From IMG/VR virus record IMGVR_UViG_3300035208_003217: a stretch of 64,000 nt of DNA; one strand, given 5' to 3'. The notes beneath the pieces were generated by a model. That model was not told where the DNA came from. It saw nothing but the letters and a program-made list of their open reading frames with translations, and did not search any database. The stretch is from a virus. The translations under genes and the position numbers were made by a program. Positions 61,566 through 64,000 of the stretch are shown in pieces (position 1 is the stretch's first letter; each line of letters starts with the position of its first letter).

Positions 61566-64000
61566 ATGTTTACAACAGATAAAAAAATATATTCATCAGG
61601 CAGTCTTCTTGAATTAGCTAAGAAAAAAGTATTAGAAAAACAAGCTAAAGAAACTTCGGCGCAAACGGCTATTAAAAATCCTTATCTAAAGACTTCTACT
61701 TCATATCAAAATCTTAAACCTCAAGAACCTATTGTTAAAGAAAAACCACAAGCTGAAACTACTCTTAGAACCTTATTTCCTCAAGACGAAAAACCTCTTA
61801 CTACACTTGCTACAAAATTAGCAAAAGGAGGTGAAGTTGTTGGTAATATTTTAGGAAGAATTGCTGGTGCTGCTATTGGTTCTCAACTAGGATATATAAC
61901 TTCAAGAAAACAAGGATTAGGAAAAATTCAAGATTCAATTAAGGCAGCAAAAGATTTATCAAAAGAAGAAGGAAGATTTGGAAGCCAGATTGTTAGTCAA
62001 GGAGTATCTATGTTTCCAAAAGCAATTCAAACAACAATAGATATAGGAAAAATGACTCCTCAAGTTATCAAAGGAAATGAAGAACAATTTATTAATTATG
62101 TTGCTCAAAAGTTTATTGAACAAGTTCCTGAAACTACATTAGAACAAGCAAGAAATTATTTATTAACTGGTAATTATGAAGGAAATATTAAAAATATTGA
62201 TAAGAATGAAGTAGCAAAAGCTTGGTATGCTTCATTATTGCCTATTGGAATGGATATGTGGATGGCTTCAAGTTTAGCCACTTCTGCTTATAATAGTTAC
62301 TATAAAAATAACCCAACTGCCGGATATAGACCAACCGAGTCTATTAAGATGGATTTTGACAAAGGTGTAGCTACATTAATAAAAGATAAGTCGGTATCAT
62401 CTGAATTATTTAAACCGAAAGAAGGAGTTACAGGGCAACTTGAAGTAACAAAAGGCGAACCAACATTAGGAAGAAAATTAGCATCTCCTATTATACAAAT
62501 TAATAAATCAATAATTAAATCTCAATACTTAACACCTGAACAAGCAAGACTTCAAGCATCAGAAGTTCCAGAAGCTCCAACTACACAACCAACATTAACA
62601 ACTCCTCAAACATCATTATCTGTAAGATCTCAATTACCTATTGGTACATCAGCAATTCCAGAAATTACACCGATTGTTAGTTCGCAGGTTGGTTTTCAAA
62701 TGCTTGATTCTAAAGCGATAAAAACTGCTCAAATATTAAAGACAAAACTTGAAAAAGCAATTCAAGAAAAACAAGTATTAATCAAAAAAGGAGCATCACA
62801 AACTACTATTGATGAGATAAAAAAATTACAAACTATTATTAATAAAATTGATAATAAATTACAAGTAGCAGAACAGAAAAAAGTTATTGGAGTTGGTCCA
62901 GTTACTCAACGAGAACAAATTTCTACTGTTCAACCTTCTATAGTAAAAGAACCTACTAAAGTTATATCTAATCCTATAACACCTAGCACACCAACAGTTA
63001 CCCTGGTAAAACCTACCATCAAACAAATATCACCAAAAGTAGAACAAGCAATAAAAGTACCAACATTATATCATGGAACAGATGAAGGAAAATTAAAGAT
63101 AGATAAGAATGGAAATATTAATTTAGGAACTTCTAAATCTGAAATAGAAAGATTCGGACCATCAGTAGAAATTGATTCATCTAAAATGAAAATAAAATCT
63201 TTTCCAACTAAAGAAGAGTTATTTAATGCTGTTAAAAATAAAGGATATTATAGTCGTAAAGGATATGATATATTAATGTCCGAAAATCATGCTCTTGCTA
63301 TTAATCCTATCAAATTTGCGTCTCAAGTGGATCTTCCTGTTCGTGATATTCGTAAAATGACTATTGGAGGCGAACTTTCTAAATTAAAAGAAATAACAAA
63401 AGAGAAAAAATCAATTGGAAGACCAAAGGAAGAGGGCACAGTTTCAGTAGATGAAGCAAAAGCTATACAATCAAAGATTCTTCAAAAATCAAGAGAAGGC
63501 AAAACATACAAAGATTATTTAGCAGAAGCTGAAAAGAAAGGAACTATCAAAAAAACAGAAGCTCCTGAACAAATTAGAGAAAGATTAAAAATTGAACGTG
63601 AAAGATTTGCTAAAGTACAAGAAAAACAACTTCAAGAAAAATATGGAAATTTTGAAAAAGTTCCAAGTAAAGAAGAAATTCAAAAAAGAGCATATTTACA
63701 ACAACTTGAAAAATATAAAAAAGAAGGAAAAAATGAAGATTTCTTTCGTAAGTTATATCAAGAAGAATTTGATTCTGGCAACGACTTAAGAGCTGATGTT
63801 ATATTTGATTTCATGCAAGACCTTCCAGGATTTACAAAGATAAGTCAGTTGATTGATATGATGACATTAAAACCTTTAGAACGTGCTCTTAATAAAGGAA
63901 TTGAAACTGGTCTTAAATTTTTATGGAAAAAAGTTTATGGTCCACAATTACTTGATTCATTACAACATACATTAAAAAAGAGTGAATTTGTTAATTATCT
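61566..64000 (+). CDS. large virion protein, 3'-partial (tape-measure-like or internal protein)
   Basis: Open frame from the ATG at 61566 to the window end (at least 811 aa). It is absent from the ORF track, presumably because no stop falls inside the window. Coiled-coil and Lys/Glu/Gln-rich. Confidence 0.5.
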   Translation, partial: MFTTDKKIYSSGSLLELAKKKVLEKQAKETSAQTAIKNPYLKTSTSYQNLKPQEPIVKEKPQAETTLRTLFPQDEKPLTTLATKLAKGGEVVGNILGRIAGAAIGSQLGYITSRKQGLGKIQDSIKAAKDLSKEEGRFGSQIVSQGVSMFPKAIQTTIDIGKMTPQVIKGNEEQFINYVAQKFIEQVPETTLEQARNYLLTGNYEGNIKNIDKNEVAKAWYASLLPIGMDMWMASSLATSAYNSYYKNNPTAGYRPTESIKMDFDKGVATLIKDKSVSSELFKPKEGVTGQLEVTKGEPTLGRKLASPIIQINKSIIKSQYLTPEQARLQASEVPEAPTTQPTLTTPQTSLSVRSQLPIGTSAIPEITPIVSSQVGFQMLDSKAIKTAQILKTKLEKAIQEKQVLIKKGASQTTIDEIKKLQTIINKIDNKLQVAEQKKVIGVGPVTQREQISTVQPSIVKEPTKVISNPITPSTPTVTLVKPTIKQISPKVEQAIKVPTLYHGTDEGKLKIDKNGNINLGTSKSEIERFGPSVEIDSSKMKIKSFPTKEELFNAVKNKGYYSRKGYDILMSENHALAINPIKFASQVDLPVRDIRKMTIGGELSKLKEITKEKKSIGRPKEEGTVSVDEAKAIQSKILQKSREGKTYKDYLAEAEKKGTIKKTEAPEQIRERLKIERERFAKVQEKQLQEKYGNFEKVPSKEEIQKRAYLQQLEKYKKEGKNEDFFRKLYQEEFDSGNDLRADVIFDFMQDLPGFTKISQLIDMMTLKPLERALNKGIETGLKFLWKKVYGPQLLDSLQHTLKKSEFVNY

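Noticed and set aside
1-64000. CRISPR arrays or other regularly spaced short repeats.
   Set aside because: None are present. The only tandem direct repeat is the 2-copy 32 bp unit at 30668..30731. The Ser/Pro repeats are coding and irregular.

Overview
This 64 kb window reads as part of a large AT-rich genome of a tailed dsDNA phage (or a prophage region). It is gene-dense, has 13 tRNA-like genes, and shows no Shine-Dalgarno sequences. Positions 1 to about 30,470 are transcribed leftward and carry early or auxiliary functions. From about 30,970 to the end, transcription runs rightward through a packaging and virion module. That module includes terS, a terL split into two ORFs, GroES, GroEL, SpoVG, portal, scaffold, major capsid and a long run of tail or fibre genes. 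It ends in a large ORF that continues past position 64,000.

The leftward block carries:
- a Fic AMPylase and three YopX-like paralogs;
- small lipoproteins;
- a metallophosphoesterase, an SPFH protein and a VRR-NUC nuclease;
- a tRNA-repair pair (T4-type Pnkp plus an RNA ligase fused to a tRNA-binding domain) next to a cluster of 8 tRNAs;
- a complete preQ1 and 7-deazaguanine DNA-modification set (dpdA, queF, folE, queC, queE, queD);
- a recombination module (Cas4-like nuclease, Rad52-like annealing protein, SSB-like protein);
- a Ro60 (Rsr) ortholog next to a permuted tRNA-like Y-RNA candidate;
- HU, an SNase-like nuclease and an RlpA-like protein.

Three findings stand out as candidate new systems. 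The first is a glycosylation cassette inside the structural module: two GT2 glycosyltransferases, three tandem paralogs of unknown function, a SAM methyltransferase and a short UDP-sugar dehydrogenase. It is flanked by two virion-module proteins with long Ser, Pro and Thr-rich tails, so I propose it glycosylates virion proteins. The second is the Rsr and Y-RNA module. The third is the RNA ligase with a tRNA-binding domain.

I also report:
- an orphan glycyl-radical peptide resembling the NrdD C-terminus behind a consensus promoter and a long leader;
- a promoter-like consensus found in three copies;
- several repeat families (a GC-rich module shared by YopX paralogs, a 32 bp tandem repeat at the strand switch, a roughly 90 bp repeat pair, and conserved leader hairpins).

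All protein calls rest on motifs I could read in the ORF translations and on gene order. No database search was run and none of the calls is verified.
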